Origin: Alphaproteobacteria bacterium
GTDB taxonomy: Bacteria > Pseudomonadota > Alphaproteobacteria > MPNO01 > UBA830
NCBI GenBank assembly: GCA_965243135.1
Contig: OZ251539.1
Coordinates: forward strand, 3,296,001-3,360,000
Length of the DNA stretch: 64,000 nt
Direction: 5' to 3'
Position numbers and translations under genes: made by a program. Shown piece by piece: positions 42,727 to 51,351 of the stretch. The stretch's first letter is position 1. Every line of letters starts with the position of its first letter. Under the pieces are notes generated by a model. It was not told the DNA's origin, ran no database searches, and saw only the letters and a list, made by a program, of their open reading frames with translations.

Positions 42727-43588
42727 CTTCTTCTATAGCGATCGCAGGCAAAACATGAGGGTGGAGCAGAGTTGCAGCTCTTTCGGGATTGAACTCCTCT
42801 CCGGCACTCCAGTCGCAGCAGCCCTCGGCGGCAAGAATGGACGCGAGCGTTTCGAGTTCCTTGTACGCACGCCAGCCATCATCTCCGTCGTCTACTGGAT
42901 ATTTCCGTTGAAGTGCGGCGAAACAGGATGTCACGACGTGCGTCATTATATCGGCGCGGCGTGCCCGATGCTCGCCCCGCCCCTGAAGCAAGCTGTGAAG
43001 ATCGGGGTGACAGCGCACATCGAAGCGGAACGTGGGGTCGCCGTCGATGGCTTTCGTGTAAAACTGGCCGACGACAAGCGTGTCGTCGGCACGGATATAA
43101 ATCAGACTTTGAATGCCGGAGGCACCGAGCCGTAGCACGGGTCCCAGTGCTAGCCAGGCACCTTTCGGAAACGTCGCCTCGATACGATCCCAATCTGGAT
43201 GAACATCATCCTCTTCGGACTTTAGGATATGATGTACATCTTCTATGCAAACGATCATCGGAGTGAAATACGGCGGATCGCCAAAATTCGCTCGATCCCA
43301 CGCAACCTCCTGGGTCGCATTGTCGGAGCGTAGTACTTCTCGATAAGCGGAACGGGGGGCGGCGAGCGCACAGGCATAGACGGCTTTCTTTCCCAAGATC
43401 AGATTTTCTACCAAACGCGCCCGTTCTACCTTGTGACGCAATTTGAATCGCGAGGTGTCGGAGCCAGCGTGTTCAGTTTCGATCAGATAGTCTCCATCCG
43501 GGAAAGAATCGTTGCCCTCCTCGATTACCGGATAATCGCGAGCAACAATGGCATTCGCCGGAACACCGCCCTTGGCTCGTATTATCAT
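42719..43588 (-). CDS. Hypothetical protein, island-2 operon gene 4
   Basis: ATGA overlap with the GHKL gene; N-terminal YPVIEEGNDSFPDGDY. Confidence 0.78.
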   Translation of the reverse strand: MIIRAKGGVPANAIVARDYPVIEEGNDSFPDGDYLIETEHAGSDTSRFKLRHKVERARLVENLILGKKAVYACALAAPRSAYREVLRSDNATQEVAWDRANFGDPPYFTPMIVCIEDVHHILKSEEDDVHPDWDRIEATFPKGAWLALGPVLRLGASGIQSLIYIRADDTLVVGQFYTKAIDGDPTFRFDVRCHPDLHSLLQGRGEHRARRADIMTHVVTSCFAALQRKYPVDDGDDGWRAYKELETLASILAAEGCCDWSAGEEFNPERAATLLHPHVLPAIAIEEDD

Positions 43589-45534
43589 TCCGACTGTTCT
43601 CCGCCTTCGGCATTCAGCCGATATGCGCCGATCTCAATGCGCAGACTGGCATCCGGCAGAACCGGGACGGCGTCGCCATCAAGAGCGTATTCCACCATGA
43701 CCTCGGTCGTCGTTCCTTTCTCAAGACGTCCGAGTCGAATGGCGGGGTATGGTGTGATTACGACCCTTTCCGGCGGAACCGGTACGCCGCTGATTTTGGC
43801 GCTCCTTATGCCGGCCAGTCTGTCGGGCCAAATTCGATCGGTCGTGACATCTGTCCGATCATCTACGATCAGCCGGAGCTCCAGGTCATCGCAGGTCTCG
43901 GTGCAGCGAATCTTGATTCGTTTGCTATCCTGGCCAGCAGGCGTGACGACCGCTGTGAAGTTCGAAGGCAACGCTGGCCTTCGTGCGGATTGATCGCGTT
44001 GGCCGTTCTTGCCGGATCCGCCGCTTGCCTCGCCGTTGCCGCCGGAACGTCCAGCGCCGGGATTGGTGCCGACAGAGCGTTGCATGGAAATGCGCCGATG
44101 TATGGGGGTAACGATTCCGCGATAGTCCCAGCCGTATCTCGGGCCAGAGGGGTTTTCGGTGCTGTCGGTAAAAGCCAAGAAATCGGAGGGATTGTAAGGC
44201 TCGTCGGAAAATATCGGTATTTCGTTCCGAAAAAATTCGATGACGTCATCGAATGCCTTGTTGAGCTGCTTTCGATCTTCGGGCGTCAGGTGTTTGGGTT
44301 CGAGCCCGTTGTGCGACGGTCCCTCGGCCTTCCTTATCAGGTCGTGAAACTCGGGAGCCGTCTCCGCGGCGACCAGAATCAACGCCTCGAAGGCTTCATG
44401 ATTCGAAAGGGTGGCATGAAGGCGTGGAATGCCGCCACGGTCGCTTGTAACCCACATGCCGTTTCGGAAAAGGTTGACACGCATTGTTCCCGAACTGGCG
44501 GGATGCTGAACGACGATTTTCACTGTTCCGTCCAGTACGTCCACATCGCGGCAGGTGCCGCGCACAAGAGCGTTGTATGAAAAATACGCTTTCTCGCCGG
44601 AAATATAGCCTCCACGGACTCGTTTGCGTTGCTTGCAGCGGCCGAGCGCTTCGTCCAGACTCCCGCGGTTGAGGGTCCATGACGTATCGCCGTCGTCCAC
44701 GATGACTTCGAGCCGTTCTTCCTCGACCGCAGGAAAGAAGCTGCAGACGGCCGCTTCCGATACGGCGTCCTTCAAGCAAATCTTTTCCTTGAACCGGTTG
44801 AATGCGGGTACGATGACGGCCGTTCCATGCTCGTAACTGCATTCGATTTCGGACAGAGCTTTTCTAATCAATGGCGGCAATTCATCCTTATCAAGATAAA
44901 GGTGTTCCCGACCATCGTTCCCGGCCAGATAGTATCCGTTAGCGCTGCGTCCAATTTTATCTCTTTGATCCTCATCGTGAGACGCCAAAATCGCATGCCC
45001 GCTTCCAATCCACTGCTTATTGCATATCCCGCCGTACAGGACGTATCTGAGATCGGAAAGCGGCAGGACCGACAAATGACCGACGCCGAACGCGCCGACG
45101 GCATGCTTTCCTTTATTTGCGGCGCCGTCCGCAAGAAGAGCGTTCATCCGTTCCTCGTCGAGACCGACGCCATTGTCGGTGACGACCAGTACATCCTGTA
45201 GATCTCGCTCGAGGGCCTTGCTGATCGCGTCGACAACCATCTTTTCCTGGTCGCTGAGGCCCGTTTTGGCCTCCCGTCTCTTTTTGGCCTTCTTGAAGGC
45301 GGATCTATAGCTGCTGATCCCGGGTATAGCTTTGGTCTTCACCTGCGTCGTTGAAAATCGAACGACGGCTTTGGAGACTTGAGCCTCTTGGGCGGCGTCG
45401 AGCGAATTCTGGATCAGTTCCCTTACGATTACATTGGCGCCTGTATCCCGGAAGCTGGAGATACCCGCAGCGACAAATCCAACCGCTTCGGCTGAAGTCA
45501 GAAACGTCAACCTCGGGTGCGGATACTTGTTCAT
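43585..45534 (-). CDS. GHKL (HATPase_c / MutL-MORC-like) ATPase domain protein
   Basis: Bergerat-fold motifs RELIQNSLDA, VTDNGVGL, GAFGVG, GTAV; Gly-rich linker before the C-terminal domain. Confidence 0.82.
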   Translation of the reverse strand: MNKYPHPRLTFLTSAEAVGFVAAGISSFRDTGANVIVRELIQNSLDAAQEAQVSKAVVRFSTTQVKTKAIPGISSYRSAFKKAKKRREAKTGLSDQEKMVVDAISKALERDLQDVLVVTDNGVGLDEERMNALLADGAANKGKHAVGAFGVGHLSVLPLSDLRYVLYGGICNKQWIGSGHAILASHDEDQRDKIGRSANGYYLAGNDGREHLYLDKDELPPLIRKALSEIECSYEHGTAVIVPAFNRFKEKICLKDAVSEAAVCSFFPAVEEERLEVIVDDGDTSWTLNRGSLDEALGRCKQRKRVRGGYISGEKAYFSYNALVRGTCRDVDVLDGTVKIVVQHPASSGTMRVNLFRNGMWVTSDRGGIPRLHATLSNHEAFEALILVAAETAPEFHDLIRKAEGPSHNGLEPKHLTPEDRKQLNKAFDDVIEFFRNEIPIFSDEPYNPSDFLAFTDSTENPSGPRYGWDYRGIVTPIHRRISMQRSVGTNPGAGRSGGNGEASGGSGKNGQRDQSARRPALPSNFTAVVTPAGQDSKRIKIRCTETCDDLELRLIVDDRTDVTTDRIWPDRLAGIRSAKISGVPVPPERVVITPYPAIRLGRLEKGTTTEVMVEYALDGDAVPVLPDASLRIEIGAYRLNAEGGEQSE

Positions 45535-46673
45535 ACGCCCTCTCCAAGTCTCCGAAACGCTTTTGCCGCTGCCGAGACGTCATCCTCGGTCGTGAAACGC
45601 CCCAAACTGATGCGCACCCCTTGCAGAGCTTCAGTCGGAGAATATCCAAGGGCGGAAAGCACATGAGAAGGAGAGGCGCCTTGGGAGGAACAGGCCGAAC
45701 CGGTCGATACCGCCACGCTTTCCCGCAGCCGTTCCGCCACGGCGTCGCCCGACAGGTCGGGGAACGAGACGTTGAGATTTCCCGGAACGCGCAACCGTTC
45801 GTGACCGTTGAGGCGAATCCCCGGCACGGCTTCGGATAACGAACACCAGAGGATTCCGGTCAGTTCCCGAATCCTCGCCGAATTGGTCTCCATCTCTTCG
45901 ACCGCGATTTCGCAGGCCTTTCCGAAGCCCATGGCGAGATGCACCGGGACCGTGCCGGAACGAAGGCCCCGTTCCTGTCCGCCGCCGGCGACCATCGGCG
46001 CAAGCCGTTCGAACGCCTCCTCCCGAACGTAGAGCGCGCCGATTCCCATCGGGCCGTACATCTTGTGGGACGACAGCGACAACAGGTCCACGCCGAGCGC
46101 GTCAACATCGACCGCCATGCGGCCTGCCGCCTGCGTGGCGTCCGTGTGCATCAACGCGCCGTTGTCATGGGCTATCGCGGCGACTTCGGAAACCGGCTGA
46201 ACGACTCCGATCTCGTTGTTGACCAGCATGACGGAAACCACTGCCGTCCGGCCGGACACCGCCCGCCGCAGTTCGGCGAGATCCACGATGCCGTCGGGGC
46301 CGACCCCGACGATGCGAGTTCGACCGCCCCCGTCGGCAATGGCGCGAACGGATTCCAGGACGGCCGGGTGTTCGGTCGCCAGCGTAACGATTTCGTCCCG
46401 GTCCCCGCCGGGTCCGACCGCGCCCCTTACCGCAATATTGCAGGACTCCGTCGCGCCGGAGGTCAGAATCACTTCGTCGTCGCCTGCGCCGAGAAGGGAC
46501 GCGATCTTCGCGCGGGCGGACGTCACCGCCCTCGCGGCGGACCAACCGTACGCATGATGGACGGAGTGAGGATTCCCGAACCGCTCGCCCAGATACGGCG
46601 CCATCTCTTCCCGAACGCGGGAATCGAGCGGAGTCGTCGCCTGATAGTCCATGTATACCGGAGCGGACGTCAT
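45531..46673 (-). CDS. Cysteine desulfurase (IscS/DndA/SspA-like, group I)
   Basis: MDYQATTP, TSGATES, EHPAV, NNEIG, HTDATQ, SSHKMYGP (PLP Lys), STGSACSS (catalytic Cys); TGATG overlap with the upstream gene. Confidence 0.93.
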   Translation of the reverse strand: MTSAPVYMDYQATTPLDSRVREEMAPYLGERFGNPHSVHHAYGWSAARAVTSARAKIASLLGAGDDEVILTSGATESCNIAVRGAVGPGGDRDEIVTLATEHPAVLESVRAIADGGGRTRIVGVGPDGIVDLAELRRAVSGRTAVVSVMLVNNEIGVVQPVSEVAAIAHDNGALMHTDATQAAGRMAVDVDALGVDLLSLSSHKMYGPMGIGALYVREEAFERLAPMVAGGGQERGLRSGTVPVHLAMGFGKACEIAVEEMETNSARIRELTGILWCSLSEAVPGIRLNGHERLRVPGNLNVSFPDLSGDAVAERLRESVAVSTGSACSSQGASPSHVLSALGYSPTEALQGVRISLGRFTTEDDVSAAAKAFRRLGEGV

Positions 46674-48085
46674 CAGTCCGTGCAGTCGCACGGCAACGTC
46701 GCCGCAGCCTCCCTGAACGCTTTGGCTCCCCGTTCGGCAATTCTCCGATAGGTCAGGCCCTTGCTGTCCCGACCGAAAAATCCGACGAAGCCCTCGGCGC
46801 CGCGGCCTTCCGCGTCGAGATCGCGCGTGTACTCCTTCTCGATGCGCGCCCACCAGTCGATGTCCATCGGCGTGTCGCGCTCGTCTTCCCGCTCGCCGGA
46901 CATGCGATCCTCGCAAATGCTCTTGTAGATGCCCGCGAGGTTCGACGTCCCCTTGAGAAAGCAGTACACGCAGTTGGAGAGGTGCCCGGACGCCGGAAGC
47001 CGGAGTTCCATGCCGGGATTGAGCTCCCAGAACGCGTTGACGTCGGCCCTCTCCACGCGCATGTCCGACAGCGGCATGTAGACGTGTTCGCCCTCGTATC
47101 CCTGCGCTTCCGGACCGCCCGCCCTTCTCGCCTCGACGCGCTGCACCCTGTTCTGTTCGTCGTACCTCAGCCCGATGAACGCGACGTATTCGACGCCGCC
47201 GGATCCGAATGCGGCGTTTCCGCCGTACGCATTCCCGGAAAGCGAGGGGTTGTCCGCCTTCAGAGGAGCGGCCGAGTAATCCTCGTAGCGCTGCTCCGGC
47301 CGGTGCACTGGACGAGACAGAACGAACGCCTTCTTTCGCAGAAAGATATCCTTCGGAACCTTGCCCCTGTTTCGCCTGTGGCGCCGGTACAGGGCTTCGC
47401 CTTCCACCTGCGGCATCTCCTCCCAGTGGCCCAGATGCGGGATTCCTTCCTTGCAGGCCAGCCAATCGCGAAGAAACATGCGGGTGACTTCAAGCTTGAG
47501 CGCCTTCGTGCATATCCTGCGAAACTGATTGGGGACGTAGCCGGACCACGACAGCAGTTCCTCGAAAGGTTCGCCACGGCAGCTGTATCCGTTCGGATTT
47601 GCCCCGGACCGCGGTTCGGCATTGACCAGACGGTAGGAGCCGAGGCGCGTCCATTCCCCGTTCCGCGCGTCTTCGTAGGTCTGGTACTCGACCAAAAAGA
47701 ACGGGATGCCATAGCGCGACTCGGCCAGACGCTTGCACTTGGCGACGAACTCGTAGGTCGCGGGATGCTCGGCGGCGGTATTGTTGAAAAGGACGACGTC
47801 GCCCCGGCGCGCATCCAGAATGCCGTTCTCCAAAAGGGTGAACAGGAGCATTCCGCTTGACCGCCCGCCGGAGAACTTCACGACATGCGGGAGGTCCCGA
47901 TGCTGCTTGCTACGATATCGGAAGCTCAGCCCGCACGGGGGGGGGGGGGGGGGGGAATTCCGAGAAACCAGAAGCTTCGGCGCGCCGACCACGGCTTCCG
48001 GCAGGTCGTCGACAACGGGCAGCGATGTTTCCGGACGGATCCCGCCCCGCGTCGCACGGTCGCGAAGATGCAGGTTCAGCGTCAT
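46673..48085 (-). CDS. PP-loop / PAPS-reductase-like protein (DndC/SspD-related fold) with Cys clusters
   Basis: VVKFSGGRSSG PP-loop, NTAAEH..TYEF, RICTKALK, IGLRYDE..R, SNCVYCFLKG, C-terminal PCDCTD. Confidence 0.85.
   Translation of the reverse strand: MTLNLHLRDRATRGGIRPETSLPVVDDLPEAVVGAPKLLVSRNSPPPPPPCGLSFRYRSKQHRDLPHVVKFSGGRSSGMLLFTLLENGILDARRGDVVLFNNTAAEHPATYEFVAKCKRLAESRYGIPFFLVEYQTYEDARNGEWTRLGSYRLVNAEPRSGANPNGYSCRGEPFEELLSWSGYVPNQFRRICTKALKLEVTRMFLRDWLACKEGIPHLGHWEEMPQVEGEALYRRHRRNRGKVPKDIFLRKKAFVLSRPVHRPEQRYEDYSAAPLKADNPSLSGNAYGGNAAFGSGGVEYVAFIGLRYDEQNRVQRVEARRAGGPEAQGYEGEHVYMPLSDMRVERADVNAFWELNPGMELRLPASGHLSNCVYCFLKGTSNLAGIYKSICEDRMSGEREDERDTPMDIDWWARIEKEYTRDLDAEGRGAEGFVGFFGRDSKGLTYRRIAERGAKAFREAAATLPCDCTD
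47937..47955 (-). repeat. Homopolymer G19 (C19 on the coding strand) in the 5' part of the PP-loop gene
   Basis: ccgcac-G19-aattc; encodes SPPPPPP and is currently in frame. Confidence 0.9.
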
Positions 48086-48091
48086 GGTGCC

Positions 48092-48120
48092 ATATTAGCC
48101 GCCATCGATCCGTTTGTCAA
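48092..48120 (-). promoter_or_regulatory. Near-consensus sigma70 promoter, leaderless, for the island-2 operon
   Basis: Minus strand reads TTGACA-17 nt-TAATAT-6 nt-ATG(48085). Confidence 0.7.
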
Positions 48121-48338
48121 TAGGGCGCGCGAGAAATAACGTCGCGAGCCGCCATTGGGCGAAAGCGTTCTCGCGCAACGGCGGCGGAAAGGTGCGTCCC
48201 GACGGCCGCTGACAGAGTTTCGGGCCGGCGTCCGGGCGCTCGCCAAACCTGTCGATTCCACCGCCCTTCGAAACCGGGCAGAGCCGCTGCCTCTCATCTC
48301 AACCGCGCTACGCTCCGTCAACCGGCTCGACACGCCGT

Positions 48339-49247
48339 CTACATGACTCGTCCCGACAGGTCGATTTCGGGAGGCCGGAACACATGCTTCGCATGCCACG
48401 CGACGAACTTCGGCTTCGGGGCGGCCTCCGCCGTTGCGGGCATCAGTATTCTTCCGCCGTCCAGCGGACTAAGCCGTCGGACGGCGTCGCCCTGGTCGCC
48501 CACCGTCCTCGACACCATCACGCTGAAACCCTCCGCCTCTGGCCTCAGACCGAACGCGCCACGGTCGAACGCGGCATGATGCAGGACGCAAAGCGCCAAC
48601 CCGTTCGAGACGAAGTCGGGGCCCTTCTGCACGCGCCATTGAATATGCGCGGCGTCGAGGCCGATGGTTTCGTCGCGCATGCGAAGCCCGTAGCCGCAGA
48701 CCGCGCAGCGATGCCCGTAGGCTTCGAGAACCTCTCCGCGAAAATCGTCGTTCGCCGGCTTGTCGAGAAGGCTATCGACGGAAACGAGGGTCGCTCTCAG
48801 AATGTCCTCGTGTAGCGACGGCGGAAAGTGCCTGTCGAGAAGCAGCCTCGCCGCCTGCCATGCGAGGCCGGGCTTCATCTGCAACAGCTGGAATATGTGC
48901 TTCGGGAAACCGCCTCGCACGCCTCGTTCAATCAGCGCGTTCCGATTGAGAGTTCCCCAGCTTCCGGCAGGAAGTCCTTTGCCATCCGGTATTTCCCAGA
49001 GTTCGTCCTTGCGCAGGAAGCCGAACGGAGCTTCGGGATATTGTGTCTCGGCAGGCCGACCGAAACGATCAAGCAAACCGGCAAGCGGGCCTTGTAGTTC
49101 CTTGAACGTCGCAAGACGAGGGTATCCCGCAAGGACCCGTCCGAAAGCCAGCAACAGCAGCAGAGGCTTGTGGGGCGCACGATAACCGTTCGTGACCCGA
49201 ACCTTGATCCCTTCGACCTGCTTGAGAAAATGTTCGTCGTCGTTCAT
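48339..49247 (-). CDS. HNH endonuclease with N-terminal SBD-like (phosphorothioate-binding type) domain
   Basis: RAPHKPLLLL..PEAPFGFL..DELW N-domain; CAVCG..DAAHI..GPD..SNGLALCVLHHAAFDRG HNH domain. Confidence 0.8.
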   Translation of the reverse strand: MNDDEHFLKQVEGIKVRVTNGYRAPHKPLLLLLAFGRVLAGYPRLATFKELQGPLAGLLDRFGRPAETQYPEAPFGFLRKDELWEIPDGKGLPAGSWGTLNRNALIERGVRGGFPKHIFQLLQMKPGLAWQAARLLLDRHFPPSLHEDILRATLVSVDSLLDKPANDDFRGEVLEAYGHRCAVCGYGLRMRDETIGLDAAHIQWRVQKGPDFVSNGLALCVLHHAAFDRGAFGLRPEAEGFSVMVSRTVGDQGDAVRRLSPLDGGRILMPATAEAAPKPKFVAWHAKHVFRPPEIDLSGRVM

Positions 49248-49253
49248 GAGCGG

Positions 49254-49281
49254 AAACGAACTCCTGCAAACGAACTCCTGC
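49254..49281 (-). repeat. Perfect 14-bp tandem duplication containing the Shine-Dalgarno of the HNH gene
   Basis: Minus strand: gcAGGAGttcgttt twice, then ccgctc ATG. Confidence 0.7.
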
Positions 49282-49786
49282 GCACCGGAATCCGTTGCAG
49301 CATACAGGTCATTGCGGGCTTCCGGTATAGGCACCCGGCGTGCGGCCGACCGGATTTTGGAACGAGCGAAAAATAACCCCGCCGAATAACCCGCGACGAT
49401 ATCCGCAACCGCTTCGTCCGGTTGGAGCGGCGGACGACCTCCCCGGAACCCCGCAGCATGAGGCGCCGCGACTTCTCCCGGGCCGGCCAAGCGCAAGAGC
49501 AGGGAACCCTCCGCCGACGGCGTGGTTCGGCGGTTGCGAGAGCGGTTGCCGGACTTCGGCGAGCGCTTCGGTTACGACAACAAGCCGTGGATAGCCACTC
49601 GACGGGGGAGACCGGCAAAACTCTCGACGAAGGCGAAGCCATGGTTCGGGCTGCAAGCGGATCCAGGAATTCCGGCGTGCTTCGGCGTGACCCGCGCCTC
49701 CCCTCGGCGGCGCGTCCCGTCGAGCCGCCGGCGCGCAAGGCGGCGCCTGCCGAAATGTTCGAACGGGACGTCGACGGCTCCCGGCT

Positions 49787-51316
49787 TCAGACGGTCTCGA
49801 ACTTGAACCCGACGATGTTGCGCTCCTCCCGGCCGAACTCCACCCCGATCAGGTGGACCTGTACGCCCGGACGCCGGTACTTGTCCGCGTAGCCGCGCTC
49901 CCGAATCTGCGCCAGCGCTCGCCCTTCCGGCTTCCCGTCCACGACCTTGAACTCGAACAGGTAGACGCCGCCGTACAGTACCGTCAGGTCCGAGCGGCCT
50001 CGCGCCGTGCTCTCCTCGGCGCGGACATCCATCCCCGCCGCCACGAAGTGCGAGTAGAACACGCTCGCGTAGTGCGCCTCGTAGCCCGCCATGCCCGTGT
50101 TCGCGTACCACTCGTTGCTCGCCAGGAACGCCCGGAACCGCCGCTCGAGGCCCGCGAAGTCGTTCGTCCGCATCAGGCGGCGCAACTCCCGGCTCTCCGC
50201 CGCGACCGCGACATCCGGCGCCATCGTCCGCAGCAGGAGCGCGTTCAGGCTGCGCTTCACCTCCTGGTTCGGGTAGTCCAGCCGGTAGAGGCGCAAGTCT
50301 TCGTCCCGCTCCTCGCCGGCGATGGTCAGGTAGCCGGTCTGGAACAGCAGCGTCTCGACAGGGATGCGATCGACATCGATGGCCGACAGCAGATCGTCGT
50401 TCGCGACCAGCTCCTCCAGGGCCGGCGGCGCGAACCGGCGCCGCGACAGAAGGTCGGCGAGGAAAGTCGGCGTGCCGGTCCGGAACCAGTGCGCCTCGAA
50501 CTCGCGCGTCTCGAAGAGCAGAAGAATGTCGAACGGATTGTAGACTTTGTCCGAGCCGCGCCAGTTGTAGCCGTTGTACCAGCGGCGGACTTCCTTCCGG
50601 TCCAGGCCCTCGAATTCCGGGGCGAAGACCGCGTCCAGCTCCGCATCCGTGTAGCCGCAGATGGCGCCGAAACGCGGATCGAGGGTGATGTCGCGCAGGT
50701 TGTTCAGGCCCGAGAACAGGCCCGCCAACTTGCTCACCCCCGTCAGGAAAACGAAACGGAGATGCCTGTCGCAGGCCTTGATCACCCCGTACAGGCTGCG
50801 CAGGAAGTCCCGGTTGGCCAGCGCCAGTTCCCGGTCGCCGAGCGCGTCCAGGATCGGCTTGTCGTATTCGTCTACCAGAACGACCGCCCGCTGCCCGGTG
50901 CGTTCGTGCAGGTCCGCGATCAGTTCCCGGAAGCGGATCGAAACTCTGGCGCTGCCTCGCTCGATGCCGGCCAGCCTCTCCGCCGCCTTCAGTTGCGATT
51001 CCGTTTCTTCCCGAACTCCGTCCGGGTCGCCGAAATCGCCCCCGCCGAAATCCAGCCGCACGACCGGATGGCGCGCCGACCAGTCCCACCCGTCGTGTAT
51101 GGCGAGACCACGAAACAACTCCTCGCTTCCCTCGAACAGCTCCTGCAGCGTGTCCACCAGCAGGCTCTTGCCGAACCGGCGCGGACGCGACAGGAAATAG
51201 TACCTGCCTCCCTCGACGAGGCGGCGCACATAGTCCGTCTTGTCGACGTAGTAGCAGTCCAGCTCCCGGATCGTCCGGAGGGAGGTCATGCCGGTCGGAA
51301 GCATGCGTTTCGTCAT
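49787..51316 (-). CDS. AAA-ATPase-like + PD-(D/E)XK nuclease protein, copy 3 (small in-frame deletions)
   Basis: Same motifs as copies 1 and 2; 5' end resembles copy 2, 3' half is near-identical to copy 1. Confidence 0.88.
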   Translation of the reverse strand: MTKRMLPTGMTSLRTIRELDCYYVDKTDYVRRLVEGGRYYFLSRPRRFGKSLLVDTLQELFEGSEELFRGLAIHDGWDWSARHPVVRLDFGGGDFGDPDGVREETESQLKAAERLAGIERGSARVSIRFRELIADLHERTGQRAVVLVDEYDKPILDALGDRELALANRDFLRSLYGVIKACDRHLRFVFLTGVSKLAGLFSGLNNLRDITLDPRFGAICGYTDAELDAVFAPEFEGLDRKEVRRWYNGYNWRGSDKVYNPFDILLLFETREFEAHWFRTGTPTFLADLLSRRRFAPPALEELVANDDLLSAIDVDRIPVETLLFQTGYLTIAGEERDEDLRLYRLDYPNQEVKRSLNALLLRTMAPDVAVAAESRELRRLMRTNDFAGLERRFRAFLASNEWYANTGMAGYEAHYASVFYSHFVAAGMDVRAEESTARGRSDLTVLYGGVYLFEFKVVDGKPEGRALAQIRERGYADKYRRPGVQVHLIGVEFGREERNIVGFKFETV

Positions 51317-51322
51317 CCGAAA

Positions 51323-51351
51323 AGGGTAGGCCGCCATGCCGGAGCCGTCAA
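51323..51351 (-). promoter_or_regulatory. Putative leaderless sigma70 promoter of copy 3
   Basis: TTGACG-17 nt-TACCCT-6 nt-ATG. Confidence 0.55.

Noticed and set aside
45531-48085. Housekeeping iscS/nifS and cysH, or a canonical dndA/dndC locus
   Set aside because: No iscRUA, suf or cysDN neighbours and no dndB/D/E. The context is GHKL/DUF262/HNH, so gene symbols were withheld.
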